NCBI GenBank assembly: GCA_051294375.1
Contig: CM119264.1
Location: forward strand, 26,570,008 to 26,634,007
From: Paraspadella gotoi
Taxonomy: Eukaryota > Animalia > Chaetognatha
Direction: 5' to 3'
Length of the DNA stretch: 64,000 bases
Part shown: positions 22,153 through 35,730 of the stretch, one piece after another
Layout: each line of letters opens with the position of its first letter
How positions within the stretch are numbered: position 1 is the first letter of the stretch
Notes under the pieces: model-generated
The model's database searches: none
Told to the model about the DNA's origin: nothing
Seen by the model: only the letters and a program-made list of their open reading frames with translations
Translations under genes and position numbers: made by a program

Positions 22153-25100
22153 CACAGTTTTTGGTTTCGCGGACGGAATAAAACGAGAGGAAACTCAGGA
22201 AGGCAGGTGGGGCGCGAGGGGGGGAAATTGACGCCCGGTGATTCGCAGGCGAGAAACGTGGAGCCGCGGTCGCATCGCGGGGCGGTAAGGCGGCGGCGGG
22301 CGGCGGCGCGGCGGCGGCGGCAGACAGGGGAGGAGGCGGGGAAATTTTGAATTTCTCGAAATGATTGCATTGGATGGAGTGAAGGACTTACATTACCCTT
22401 AGTCACTTTTGCTACAAGTTATATAAGAATATTTAGGAGAGAAAAGAATGCAGTGAAGTATTACGATAGTGTCCTAAATCATTAGCTTTTGGGAGATGAG
22501 TGCATAGAAGTATAATTATAAATTATGTAAATTGTTAATATAGAAAACGGCAATTAATTTTGGAAAAAGGAATTGGATTGTTTAGATTTTTTTTGTGCGG
22601 GTGTCGAAATATAACAAGGATTTAAAATCGGGGGAGGAAAGAAGATATAAGAAGAGAAATGGTTGATTATAATTGAAGGCACAAGACAAAAATCGAGAAA
22701 ATAGAAGGAGAAAAGAGAGGCAGTAAAAAAAATGAAGGAAGGAAATGATGGGAAAAGGGATGACAATAGAGAAAATAAATAATGATAGAAGAGAGGACTG
22801 AGGATGAAAAGAAAAGAAGGGGTGGAAGAGGGAGGGTGGGAGGGAAAAAGATGAGAGGAGAGAGGAAAAGATAAAAGAGGAATGATTGAGAGAGCTGAGG
22901 TAGGAAGAGAGAAGATGTAAATGACGTTCGAGGCTGAATTCGTTATGAGAGATGCATTTTAGGCGAGAAGTCTGCGGCAGCGGATTTTGGCGAGAGGAAA
23001 GAGGACGAAGGGAGAGGAAATGAGGTAAGAAAAATTAATGAATTATAATATGAAAAAGAATTGTTGGGAAAAAGAAAAGAGGAAAAGGATGGCAAGGAGG
23101 AATAGTTGTTTCAGAAAAGTTGCGACGTTTAATTAGCGCCCTTGGCTCAAATCTTCAGTGAAATGACCGCTTTTCACAGAATATTAAAGAAACATATTTT
23201 TATTACACTTAATTGCGTGTAGATTAGTTTATTTGCTTGATTATTTTATCACATTTTAAAGAAAATTTAAATTAAAGACATCATACTACTGTTTGTTGAA
23301 CTATGTTGGTTATATATTAAAACTGATCTATGTAACTGTTAGCAATTTTCAGATTGCAACTCATGGTTGCCAAATCCGGTGTGTCGAGCCTGTTTGGAAT
23401 CTCGAAGTCGCTTGAGGTTGAGATGAAATTATAGAGGAGACGGGAGAAAGAAACTTCTGCATTGAATCTAGATTCTGGACGATTGAGTGAGTTGGATGTC
23501 AGGTGGGGAGGGAGAGAGGAGAGAGAGTGAGAGAGGAGACGCATGAGAGAGAGAGAGATGAGGGGGAAGAGAGAGAGGAGAGAGATGTACCACGAGAGAG
23601 TAGAGAGGAGAGAGAGAGATAAAGAGAGAGAGAGAGACGGAAGAGAGAGGGAAAGAGGATAGAAAAGATAATTTTTCAATAAAGCAATAAAAACCTTGCA
23701 AAAAAAAGAAGGATGAAATGCGCAAAATATGTTTAATTAAATCACTTGAAAAAGGTTAAAATTAATATGGAATTTAAAGATAATAAACAAATAAGCAATG
23801 AACGAGGAGGGCGACTAAACAGTTGTAATATTTTGAAAATTTCAGAATTTCTAAAATGGATGAAATTCTCTTGGGAGTTTAGAAATTTTAATCATGCAGA
23901 ACTTGCCCATGCAACTAAAATTTGGAAGGAGAAGGAAGAAAGAAGTAAGCAAAGCAGAATAGAAAGACGGGAAAAAGAAAAAAAGAAGTGACTCCTTTTA
24001 GTTTTAGGTTCTTGTGAGGAACGAAAATAGAATAATTCGATTAGCGGTAGAACCGCGAATTGTGGCTTGGAGAAGAAGAGACTGCTGTTAAATTTTTTTT
24101 TCTCCCGAAAATTAGTGATTATATTGAATTGACGTGTCTTATTACAAGTGGACGATATTTGATTTGTTTGAATCGGACCTGAGGGCAGCAGCCGGCGTGC
24201 TGTGGCCTGCCCACCGCTGTTGCGAAATCGAAGAAAGATTAAGTTCGCGCGATTTGCAGTCGAGCGAATTTGAAAGTTTGTTACTTGTCGTAGTTCAAAT
24301 CTTTTGACTGTCTTGTTCTTATTCTTGGTCATTTTTTTTTGTTTCTTATCATTTCCAAAACATCTGTCCGTGACAAAGGAAATAAAATCATAATATCGTA
24401 AACGATTTAAACGAAGAAAAAAAAAAAAACACTATTTGCAGTAATTAATATCGATAAATTATAACGGTGGTATTGCACAGTTCGCTTAATGCGGTTACGT
24501 CATGAAGGGAAAAATTTCAAAATTTTATTTTAAATTGCTAAAAAAATGCGAATGAAATTATTCGTGCAAGTTCACTTTCGCTCTAAATCGTGAAAATAAA
24601 TTATTAAAGAGGATTTTAAATAAGGTAAATGGGCCTTTCAGAACGCAGTTGACATTGGGAAAAAAAAATTTTGAAAATTGAAATTAAAATTCGTTTTTGA
24701 AAAACCAAACGTCGAGGGCCAAAGACAAAACTCAAGGGAGACAGCTGAAGTTCGCAAGTTTTGACCGCAGAAAGAGAGAAAGTGAGGATGAAGGAGAGAG
24801 AGAGAGACGAGAGAGAGACTGAGAGAAGAGAGGAGGAGGACGAGAGAGAGAGGAGACGTTTTTGTTTTCCGCACTAGTTTGCGAATGTGGTCATCTTTTA
24901 GCGTGCAAAGATTTCGGTCGGCGGAAGATGGGAGAAAGGAGTAGGAGAGCGGGAGAGGGTGTGAGGGAGAGAAGGAGGGAGCGGAGGCAGGAGAGAGGGA
25001 GGGAGGGAGGTCGAGGGAAGGAGAGAGTGGAGCCGTGGGAGAAGGGATGGAGGGGATGAGACAAGATTTGATATCAGACAAAAATTTGTTTTTAGAATCG

Positions 25101-27316
25101 GATCAAGATTAGAAGGAGAAATGCTCCGGAAGGAATTATGAAAAAAGGGTTGGAGTAAAAGTAAAAACTACTTAGGCGGGTGGGAAGCTCACCCAATTTA
25201 GTTGCGGAAATAGGAGGAGGAGGAGGAGGGAGGAGGAGGAAAAGTGATGGAGGAGGACAGATGACGAGATGTAGGGGCGCGGAAATATTTTTCAATTTTG
25301 CGAGTTTAAAAAAAAAAGAAAGATAAAAAAATAAAACAAAAACAGAAATAAAAAAACAACAAAAAAAAAAACTTCAATCTCCCGGTTTAAAAGTTAAAGA
25401 ACTTAAGACAGGTGGGAAACAAAAATTGGAATTTACAGAAACCGCATGAGACCTCACCGGGGAAGGTAGGAAGAGTAAGAAGACAGAGAGAGGAGAGAGA
25501 GGAAGGTGGGAGAGAGAAAAGGTGAAAGATTAACGGAGGACAGAAAGAAGAAAAAAAAAGAAAGAGGCGGAAAATGGGAGAAGAAGATAAAAAAAAAGAC
25601 AAATTTTTATCCTGAAATATTAAAGAAAGAGGGAATAAATAAGGACACGAATAATGTGCAATAAAAACTAAAAAAGAAAAAGAACTTTGCTTGAAAGAAA
25701 TAGTTTAAAAAAAGCGACTGTGAAATTTAGAGAAATTGGAAAGATGAGTAAAAAAATGCTGGAGGGAGACGAAACAAAAAGCCAAAAAGACAAAAGACAA
25801 AAGACAAGGAGATTTTTAAAAAATATTGGCCCTGTAGTCAAGGCAACAACAAATTAGGGAAAGATAAAATGCGAAAGTCAGGATTGAAAAACAGGAAAGA
25901 AAGAAATAGGAACAGTTAGTAAATTTAGGCACCTGGACGATGGTGCTGTAAAATAAAAGGAAAACGCGGCTGCACAACAACCCCTGACACCACGGCTGAA
26001 TCCCAAATACGAAATTTCTCTCTTTCCAAATATTATTTTGGCTCCCTCAAAAAAAATTAGTGACACGCTCGAACTTTTCTCTTCTTCAAAAAATCATTGA
26101 TGATGGACGACGACTAAGAAAGAAGATTGATTAAAGATGAGAAAAGTTTTTTCTTTGGAATCTTAGACACAAATTTACAAAAATGAACATAAAACAATGA
26201 TAATTTTGTAAAATTTAAAAACTATTTATTCAATAAATTACGCCCGACATGAAATTGAATTAATTATTCCGTAGATATACTAAGGAAAGTTTTATTTAAA
26301 AAAGACAGTTAATTTTATTTTTTCTTTCACACTTCACGCATAAAAAATTGCAGAAAAAATGTTTTTCATTAAAAAAATGATTTCGATTTTAATACGAAGT
26401 GCAGATTTGCGATGAATAAAAATAGTAATTTTAATTGATGAAGTCGCTAATTCAACTTTTTCGAAGTTTTTTTCGCATTTTTTAAAATTTCCAAATAAAA
26501 GGCCCAAAAAAAAAATAATTGTTGTTCGATTTTCTAAAATCGCGAAGTGAACCAAGATTTGATAAAAAAAAAAATCTCTTCTCCATTTATCATGCCTGAA
26601 AATCGGATGTACGGATGGAGACGAGTTTCAGGAAACGCATGCGCTTTGGCCGAAAAACATAATTATTCAACGACAATTCATCATAGTAAATATATGCAAC
26701 GAACATTTTGAATAATAAAATATCTTCTGCCTGCGATATTCCATAAAGAAAAAAAAAGTAGCGTTCACCAGGACGAACGATTTGAAAAAAAAATCTCATC
26801 AAATCGTAAATTATCTAATTATGTGTTAAGATTTGTTTTTTATATTTTTTCGACGCTATGGTCGAGAGTAAAACAAATTTAAATACGGAGAGGACGCTCA
26901 CAAATTTATCTTTTGGGTGGGGGGGACTGGGGGGTTGCAAATAGTTTGTTATTGTCTTTTTAATTTTGTTTTTTGTTGCGGGCCTTTCCTCGGACGATTC
27001 GTAATCGACGCTGTCGGCCGCATTTTCCAACAGTCTGTTTTCCAATTCCACCTTAGGTTTTCTTCAATTTATTTCGACGGCATGGAACTCCAGCTAAGAG
27101 CGAAAGAGTTCGCCTCTTCAACGACCTAAGCTCCAACAACCTCTCCCTCCCTCATACACTCTTTATTTCCAACAACCTTGACGTTCTGCTAAAGTTTTCG
27201 TCAAATTTTCTCTCATTACCAGCGACCGCACTCACAATTCTTCCTCTCACTCTAATAACCTTTTCGCTACCGCAGAGATTCTCCACTCCAACAACAACTT
27301 CCCCCTTTTCCGCTGC

Positions 27317-27439
27317 CTACAAACTGTCCGCAGGCCCGGATTAAAGGCCTTCGCGCTTGCGGGTAGTTTTCGCTTCCTGCTACCAATCGGCCTCACCAGC
27401 GACACCACGTCCTCCCTGTCGATATACGCGCGAAAGAAC
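27317..27439 (-). CDS. Cyclophilin-type PPIase, terminal exon (indel-noisy)
   Basis: Pyrimidine tract and CAG acceptor at 27442-27440. Allowing indels it reads VF.RV..G.DVV..VE.IGS...KTT.K..IRACGQL*, matching a cyclophilin C-terminus. Stop TAG at 27319-27317. Confidence 0.72.
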
Positions 27440-27941
27440 CTGAGCGGAGAGGAAGTGGAGTGGAGAGAAAGATAGAGGAGCCAGACATGAAGGAAGCGAG
27501 CAGATTTAAATGGTTGCAGGTTGTGGCCGAAGATTTAAAACTCATTTAGTTAGGAAAAATTTGTGCGTGAGGAAAAAAATGTAATTGCGTTTTAAAAGCA
27601 AGGAACTTTAAATATTATTACATGTTAGACACTTGTTAAAGGCCCGAAACATGTACGTCTAAAATTTGAAATAAAAATCGGTAGTAATCTCAACATTAAA
27701 AACGTCTTCTATTTATTTACATGATACACTGCTGACAGTTTCTGCAGGTAGAAATTTATGTTTTCGTTTAATAAAATTTAATACAATATTTTTTTTAGTC
27801 TTACTTGGTCGAAATTCTTTACACGCTGAAATTTTAGTGATCTTCGTGGTCATAATAAGAACATATAGTTATGACTAAAAATAATAGTCTCACACTAAAG
27901 AGTTAAAAAAGTTCCTTGACAAACTTCGATGTCCCTATCAT

Positions 27942-28046
27942 AATATTATAATATAATATAATATAACCTATATTATAAATATAATATAATATAACTATAT
28001 ATATATAATACTAATATAATATAATATAATATTAATCATAATCAAT
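27942..28046. repeat. AT-rich low-complexity (ATATA/ATA)n in the cyclophilin intron
   Basis: Almost pure A/T short-period run. Confidence 0.85.
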
Positions 28047-28122
28047 ATAGCGGCTAGCTTTCCTTTATTGACCTTCCAATTTTCAACATAGTCAGTAGCT
28101 TCCCCCCCCCTCCCGCCCTCAC

Positions 28123-28339
28123 CAACATGCTTCCTTGTCCAGGCCATTCTGTCTTCGTGCGTGCAGATAAATGGAATTGGCTTCTTGTTCGTGTTGGGCC
28201 CCGCCTGTTCCGCCATCGACAGCACACCGGGTCCAGAGTGCTTGCAGGCCTGAAAGTTTTCGACGGTCGTCGACACGGGCTGACTCGTAGATTGCCTCTG
28301 ACCCCCTCGTGCCGTCGCCTCGGGTGCAAGTCCCCCGCC
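28123..28339 (-). CDS. Cyclophilin-type PPIase, internal exon (indel-noisy)
   Basis: CCTTTTCCAG acceptor, then GGDF.RGDGT.G..IY.....ENF...HSGPGVLSMA.AGPNTN.SQF.ICT.KTEW..GKHV across frames. Donor GTGAGG at 28122. Confidence 0.88.
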
Positions 28340-31300
28340 CTGGAAAAGGAGAGGGGTGGAGAGCGCTTTAAGGGAAAGAAATAAAGAGGAAAGTGCTGGT
28401 TGATAGAGAGGTAAGTCGTTTAATAAGAGAGGAAGTGTTGACTGGTCCGCGGTGTTGAATAGATAGGTAGGTTGGATTAGAGAGGATTATATTTTAATGG
28501 CACGTAGATGCGCTGAGAGGATGTGGGTGCGATACAAAGAGTACGAGGGTTAAAGTAGACGATGAAAGATGGACGATAGATAACAAGGACGAGGAGAGGA
28601 GGAAGAGGGAGTGAAGATCGGCGGAGGAAATGAAGGGAAAAATAGGGATCGAAATTAGAGAGGAAGAGAAGAGGAGGAAATAGAGAAGAGAGTCAAGAGG
28701 TGAGGAGATTAGAGAGGACGAAAGGGGCGGAAAAAACCCAAAGGAAGTGAATTTTAAGGGCTTGTCTGATGAAGAGCAAACTGGGAGAGAAGTTTTGGAA
28801 AGGTTTAGAAAACTCTTTCATAATAAACGCAAGTCCGAGCTTTAGTTTTAAAAGATAATGATAATTCAATGTCTTTACATAACAATTTGCACATCTGCAG
28901 AGAAAAATCATGCTGTCTGAACATGTTTTCGTATTTAACTTCAAACTTCGGTAGCAAAACAAAAAACAAGACTTGTCGTACATCGACGACTACTCTCTAG
29001 TCCCATACATATACTTAGAGACCCGAAGCTTAAGTCTCTGTTCTCGAATCATCCGCCTGGAGCGCGAGTGTATTAATAGCGGCGAAAATGACAAACGGGA
29101 GAAAAAAAGAGACAATAAACAAATTAAAGGTCATACAATGAAGCAAAAGAGTAACTAAAAGCGTGCGTAGTCATTTAGAACGACTTCCGATGGTAAAAAA
29201 GAAAGAAAGAAACAAAGAAAAGAAAGAAAGAACAACGAAGAAGAAAGGCAAGAAAGAAAGTAAAGGAAGAAAGAACTAATGGCTAATAGCGAGAAAGTAA
29301 AATTGGCTGGAAGATAGCCGACGTTTCGCGGGGTAAGTGCATTAACCGAGGAGTAAGTCCAGCGTTAAGCATGGACTTACTTCTGTTGTCTGTTGTCTCG
29401 TCAATTATTAAAACTGTTCGTCACTGAATTATTAACCTAATTTGTTATCATCTCAATTTGTTAAGGGTGAGAAGGCCACAGAATACAATATTTTCATTCA
29501 TCAAATTAGAGAATGTTTCGCTTGACCGAAGCAAGAAAACAGAGTCATTGTGGAGGCGAGTATTAAAAAAAAACACAAAACGAAAAAAAAACAAAAAACA
29601 AAAGAACAGAGGGATATACCAGCTGAGAAACCGTTAGAACCAGTGAAAGAGAGGAAAATATGAAATTCTCATTTTAACTTTTTTTAATCGAAGAACATAT
29701 GAAAAACAAATAGCAATAACAACGAAGTAGCGTAGTTAAAAGGAAAATTCATTATGTCGAAAATTAAGAAAAAGAAGGTCAAAATAGCTTAGAAAGAAAA
29801 CGTTATAAAATTTTACGCTCAAAGTTAAGATACACTATAGGACACAATGGAAAATAACGTGGCGAAATCGGTCTCGTGCTGATTTTGTCCTTTAAATCGT
29901 TTCTGAGCTAAATTAATTGATTCACTTACTTTGTAAATTATGCTGGCGATATAACACCTACTGGACATATCGTGTATGCTACCGATAACCCTTTGACCAT
30001 CTTACAAAAAGCTGTAACAGATTCAAAAATAGTAAAAAAGGGGGTGGATGAAGCAATATAGCTCTAAAATGCTTACAAAATTCTAGACCATTGCTTTTAT
30101 AAATTGCCCCAAAAAAATATTAATAATTATTAAAACAAAACTTTTTAACGATAACTCTAATTGAGTTAACCGAGACCAAGACGCCCTGAATATTTTTTAC
30201 CTATCATTTCCCTCAATTTATATGAATCATTTGTTTGTAATTAGGTCAATTTTAACCTTAAATAATCAATTATGACAAAGTTTCATTTTCAATTTTCTTT
30301 TATGAATGGGAACGTTCTCTGCTTACTCCCCTTGTGTCTAATTATTTAATATTTTTAAAGGATTTTTATCACAACAACCTCTATATAATTACTATATTTT
30401 CTTCATCTTTTTTCCAATTCTTTTCAAACAAAAAACAACATCATAAAAACATTTTTTTTAAATTAATAAAAAAAATTGAATGATATGATTTTTTGGAAAA
30501 AAAAATATTTTTGAAAGTTTGAGAATAATGGTTATGTGTCAGGGGAAAAAAAATTTTGGCAATTCTAAAAAAATTCAGCCTTCTAGCCTTTACAATTTTT
30601 CTAGAGGTGACCTGGATTTTATTTATTTTGATATTTTAATTTTCTATGCAAAACCATATATTCTCAATGAGCAGTAGGCGGATGAAATTTTTCCCATATC
30701 TATGAAAATAACTTTTCTAATTAGGCTTTTTTTGGGGGAATAATAATATCTATATGATGGGATACATCGGGAAAAGTGATATGGTCTCTAAATGACAAAA
30801 TAAGATTTTCTGTTCAAAGGTTTTATTTTTTGAAATTTAAGTATTGTTTAGCCAACAGAAAATAAGCGTGAAGATACTCCCCGCTTTGCCCGAAATATTT
30901 GATATTTAACAAGATTTGTACTGCCGTAATTTAAAAAAACGTTATTTTTTTAATCACACTTTTTGAAAAAAAGACCGCATCGATAGTGTAGGTCAGCCAA
31001 GGTTGGATGTAGGCGGTATCAAAATTTAAAGCCCTAATCATGGCGACACCTTTCTAAAAGATACTTTACTTAAATTTAAATCCCATAATCTATTACCACC
31101 AAGCTTTTGTTTTATAATAGAGTTAAAAGGTATAACCAGTTTTTTAGCCTTTAACACCAATTCCCCAATGAAGACACTATGAAATTTTTCTTTTTTCTTT
31201 TTGTAAATTTGAAAAAGGAAAGGACTGAATTTACATTTTGTTTATTATTAAAATTTTTTTTTATTCCTAAAATTCTTATATTTTTCAAGTTTAAAGTAAA

Positions 31301-33798
31301 AAACAAGCAAAAATTTATGTTGTAGCTTGATAGAAAATATATTTTATAAATATTAAAAATGGATTAAATAGCAAAAAAGTTTCAGGCGTTGATCATAATC
31401 ACACAGTCTGGACATCTAAACCTCTTGTCTGTTGAAAAAAAAAATCGTCATTTTTTCAATTATGCTAACTGCAAACTAAAAAGGCTTGACCACAACTGCC
31501 TGTGTTACTTATCATTATTAAACGTTAGTTAAAAAAACTTTTATGAGCTACCGGTAACATATTTTTTGAGCAAAAGCAAAACTATCATTGTGTTAATTTT
31601 GTAAATTGCATAATTTTTCTTTTTTTAAATATAGCACAGTAATTTAATTCATATATCTTGATCATGCCATTTTAAATTAAGAAAAAAAATATTTCTCGTA
31701 ATTAGCCCATTGGAACAGTCATTGACTGAACTTAATGATGAAATTTTTAGATTTTCTTTACTGCCCCCCCGATTTTACAAGATATTAAAAGTATCATTTG
31801 ATCATGCTCAATAAAGTCCAGGATGTCATCTGCTACCCCTTTCTGCAATCATTCCAAATTTTCCCTTTTTTCCCTCAAAATGTATTAAATAAAAAAATTA
31901 TTTGATGAGAACACATTGGTCGTGTGAGGGATGCCATTGGTAAAGGCCTAGTTACCACTTCCCGATCGAATTTTTATCTCTCTCNNNNNNNNNNNNNNNN
32001 NNNNNNNNNNNNNNNNNNNNNNNNNNNNNNNNNNNNNNNNNNNNNNNNNNNNNNNNNNNNNNNNNNNNNNNNNNNNNNNNNNNNTAACAGCAAAGCAACA
32101 GGCAGCCCAGAGACGAGAGAGAGCAGGACGAGTAAACCGAGGGAGGAGAGAGGAGAGAGAGCAGCACGAGATGACCGAGCGAACGGAGAGCCTAACATCC
32201 AAAATCCTAACCCCACAAACCTTCTTTCGCCATCCTCCTGCCGTCCCCCTTCCCGCGTGTTCGCTTCTTCTGTTCGCTCGACCCCCTCCCCACGCACCCC
32301 ACAACCCCGACATCCAGCGACTATTCCCCCTTCCGCACCCACCAGCCCCTTCCTTCAAGCTGTCTTGTTTAGCTACATTCAAATAACTAACCTGAAAATC
32401 ATTCGTTGCTTCTAGTCTGTTACTACCTCGCTCGTCTACAGTTGTTAAACCTTTCTCGTAGTCCTCCCACAGCCACCACCCTTTGTATCCGTAACCGCTT
32501 ACGCCTTTCTTTTTATCAGAGGCTTGCTTCCTGGCTCGACGACGTCCTTCCAATTTCCTCCCCCGTCTTTTTTCCATGCCGATTGGGACAATGACGAGAC
32601 AGGAAGGGTCCGTTTTGTAGGGCATCCCATACTCTCTCTCGTCTCTCTCCTCTCTGCTCTCTCCTCCACATCTCTCAAATATCCTCCCAAGATCGTACTT
32701 CTCTGCATCTCTCTCCCTCAATCCCCCTACTCCTACTCCTCCCGTTGCCACCTTCTCCCATCCCATCAAAGACGAACCGCATATTCAGACGCATAGGGAA
32801 GAACTTAAACACGAGTCTACTATTGACTGGTGAACAGTGGGCAGCATAAATTTGCTCTAGTAGGGGCCCGAAGAGGGCGTAATGCCTTTGCGGCCATTGT
32901 AAACTCTTCAGGTTTTGTTTTTTGCCCTGGGCTTTCTACGTGTCGCGTCTCACTCAACTCTCTCTGTGTTTATTTCTAATATTTCTCTCTCTCGTCTCTG
33001 CTCTCGGTCTCTCTCTCTCTCTCTCTCGTCGTCGTCATCTCTGCTCTCTCGTCTCTCTGCTCTCTCTCGTATCTGTCGTCTTCTCCTCTTCGTCCTCGTC
33101 TCTCTCTCTCTCCTCTGCTCTCTCCTTCTCCCTGTATTTGAGCTATAACGCGGTTCGTCCTCAATTTTTGACGTTTTCCCAGTAGCCCAAATAAGCGGAA
33201 AAAAGAGACAAAAAAACCGACGGTCCCGGTGTGAATAGGGAGCTGGAAAACGTCAAATTCCAGCTTCGGGCGTCACGAATTTTTGAATATTGAGGGGATA
33301 AGGGGTGTTAGCATCAGGGGGGTGAGTAGTCTCGGGGGATGAAAGGGTCTAGAGGGTTACCGAGGGCGCCGAAGGGTTTAAAATGGTTAGACCCTGAGTA
33401 TGAACTGAAAACGAAAAAAGGGAGCGTAGAGCGAGACGGAATGATGCGGAACGAACAGAGTGGCAAGAGGGTGCGGCAAAAGCAAGTGGCGTCGAAAGCT
33501 GGACACTTTAAAATGGGGAAGACGCGTTGAAGATTTACGTTGGGTTTCCGTCTGGATAGTAGAGAGAGAGAAAGGAGAAGAAGAGGAAGGAGAGAAAGAG
33601 AGAGAGAGAGAGAGAGAGATGAGAGGAGAATGAGAGAGGGAGAGGAGGACGAGAGAGAGAGATGAGGAATGAGATGAGAAGAGAGAGCCAAGGCTTCAGG
33701 TTGTGTGCAAAAATGTGGAGAGAGAGGGAGAGAAGAGAGTGAAGAGGAAAGACAGAGTGAGACAAGAGAGGAGAATAAGAGAGAGAGAGTAGGATGAA

Positions 33799-33836
<38 letters not shown>

Positions 33837-34292
33837 AGAGAGAGAGGACGAAGAGGGGGGGGAGCAGCGCAAGAGATTGTGTTTTGATTTTGGGGTGAAG
33901 AAATTGTTTTTGGAACTGTTTTAAGAATGGAAAATGGTTTTGTTGTCAATTGTCTACGCCGAGCGCCTGCGATCGGGCCTCCGAAGAGCTCCTCTCTCTC
34001 TCTCTCTCTCTCTTCGTCTGCTCTCTCTCTCGTCGTGCTCTCTGTGGTTATTGGTCTCTTTGCTCTCTCTCTCTCTCTGGGCCTCGTCTCTGTTGGTTAT
34101 CTCTTTCTTTCGTTCTTACAGCTTAGCTGTTGTCGTTTCTCTTTTCTTAAGAGTTTTTAGCCGCTTCTTTTCATTTCTCTAAATTTTTGTCCTGTTGTCT
34201 CTTCAAAATAATAAAAATTATCTTATGAAACTTGATGCTTTTAATTGTTTTAAAGTCATCATGTGCTTTTATAATTCACTTCCCTGTTCTTT

Positions 34293-34515
34293 TCTAATCT
34301 CCCTCTTCTCTTCTCTTTTTCTCTTTTCTCTTCTCATTTCCTCCTCTAATCTCCCTCTTCTCTTCTCTTTTTCTCTTTTCTCCTCTCATTTTCTCCTCTT
34401 AATTCTTATCTCCCTCTTCTCTTTTCTTTTTCTCTTTTCTCCTCTCATTTCCTCATCTAATCACCCTCTTCTCTTCTCTTTTTCTCTTTTCTCCTCTCAT
34501 TTTCTCCTCTTCTCT
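34293..34515 (+). repeat. Pyrimidine-rich minisatellite, ~52-bp unit, about 4 copies
   Basis: CTAATCTCCCTCTTCTCTTCTCTTTTTCTCTTTTCTCCTCTCATTT recurs in tandem. Confidence 0.85.
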
Positions 34516-35680
34516 TTTTCGCCCGGAAAATAATTAGACGTTGAGCCTCTGGTTTTTTGTTTCCTGTTTTTTGAGAATTGCGGATGGAGACTCTAAAGGA
34601 TAATTTTTGGTCGGTCGGTCTCTTGCCATAATATAGTATACATCTACATATGATTTATTTTTTAATGATGTAAATTAAAATAATAATCCAAATCATGGAT
34701 ACTATAAAATTCGTATTAGGTAAATGAATACACAAAAAAAATGAACTATTTATATTATTATTTTAAACTTTAAAATTAAAATTAAAATTGTAATAAAGAG
34801 TTTAACTATTTATTTCAATCCCGCAACTTAAACACGCTTTCCTCGCGCGTGTTTTGTTTCTCTTCTATTCGCTGATATGCAAATGAGGGCGGCTGCGATA
34901 TCGGGTGCGGCGGCGGAGACGGAAGCGGCGGCGGCGGCGGCGGCGGCTGCGCAGGTTGAAGGCGTAAAAATGCAGATTTGATGAGCTGTCGTCAAAGACG
35001 AGTGGGGAAACGGGGTAAGGGCCCATTCCATCGAACATGGTGAGGTTATGGATATGAGCCGATTGGAAGGAAATCGGAGGCCGAAGAAGAAGGAACGCTG
35101 CGATCCGAGAAAAGTAAGGGTCACTGGATTTTTAATCTCACGTGAAGAATGAGTAAGGATATGATGCAGTAAATCTTCACTAAACTTCGTAAAAAGTCAC
35201 AAATAAAAAAGGTTGAAATTAAAGGAAGGGTTCGACATTAAAAGTAAAAATGTGTATAAGATTATAAAAAAAAGTAAAAGCGTTCTAAAATGTCCAATGT
35301 CTGCCAGGAAAAGAAAATTGTTAGACTTCACCAGCTCAACCCACGTGTGATTCGAAAACGTCTTCACAAAAAACCTTTCATCCTTCACGTGATGTGACAC
35401 CCGAGGACGTAAACAAAGAAATTGCTTTCGAGACGAAGAGAAAAAAAAAGAGAGAATGAGTCAGAATCGACGTTTGACGCGGAAAGTGGGCGTGGCGGAC
35501 GTCTTGACGCGCGGGCGTCGTGGCGCGTCGGGGCAGAGCCGATGACGTGGTGACGGTTCGACGCCGCGGAATGAGACGACGGACAAAGTTGGCAACTCGA
35601 CAAATCGTCAAGGTTGTGGACGAGTGAGTTCGACGGAAGGTGGGGAGGGGAAAGAATCTCTCTCTGTCTGTCTGGGTCTG

Positions 35681-35730
<50 letters not shown>

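Noticed and set aside
29700-31900. DNA transposon or transposase remnant in AT-rich block
   Set aside because: No ORF, TIR pair or TSD could be identified by eye.
32392-32630. Upstream cyclophilin exon (minus-strand GYGYKG ... FQ|GTTAGT)
   Set aside because: No FHR(V/I)I motif, and about 29 codons between YKG and the donor versus about 13 expected. It may be an unrelated exon or chance.
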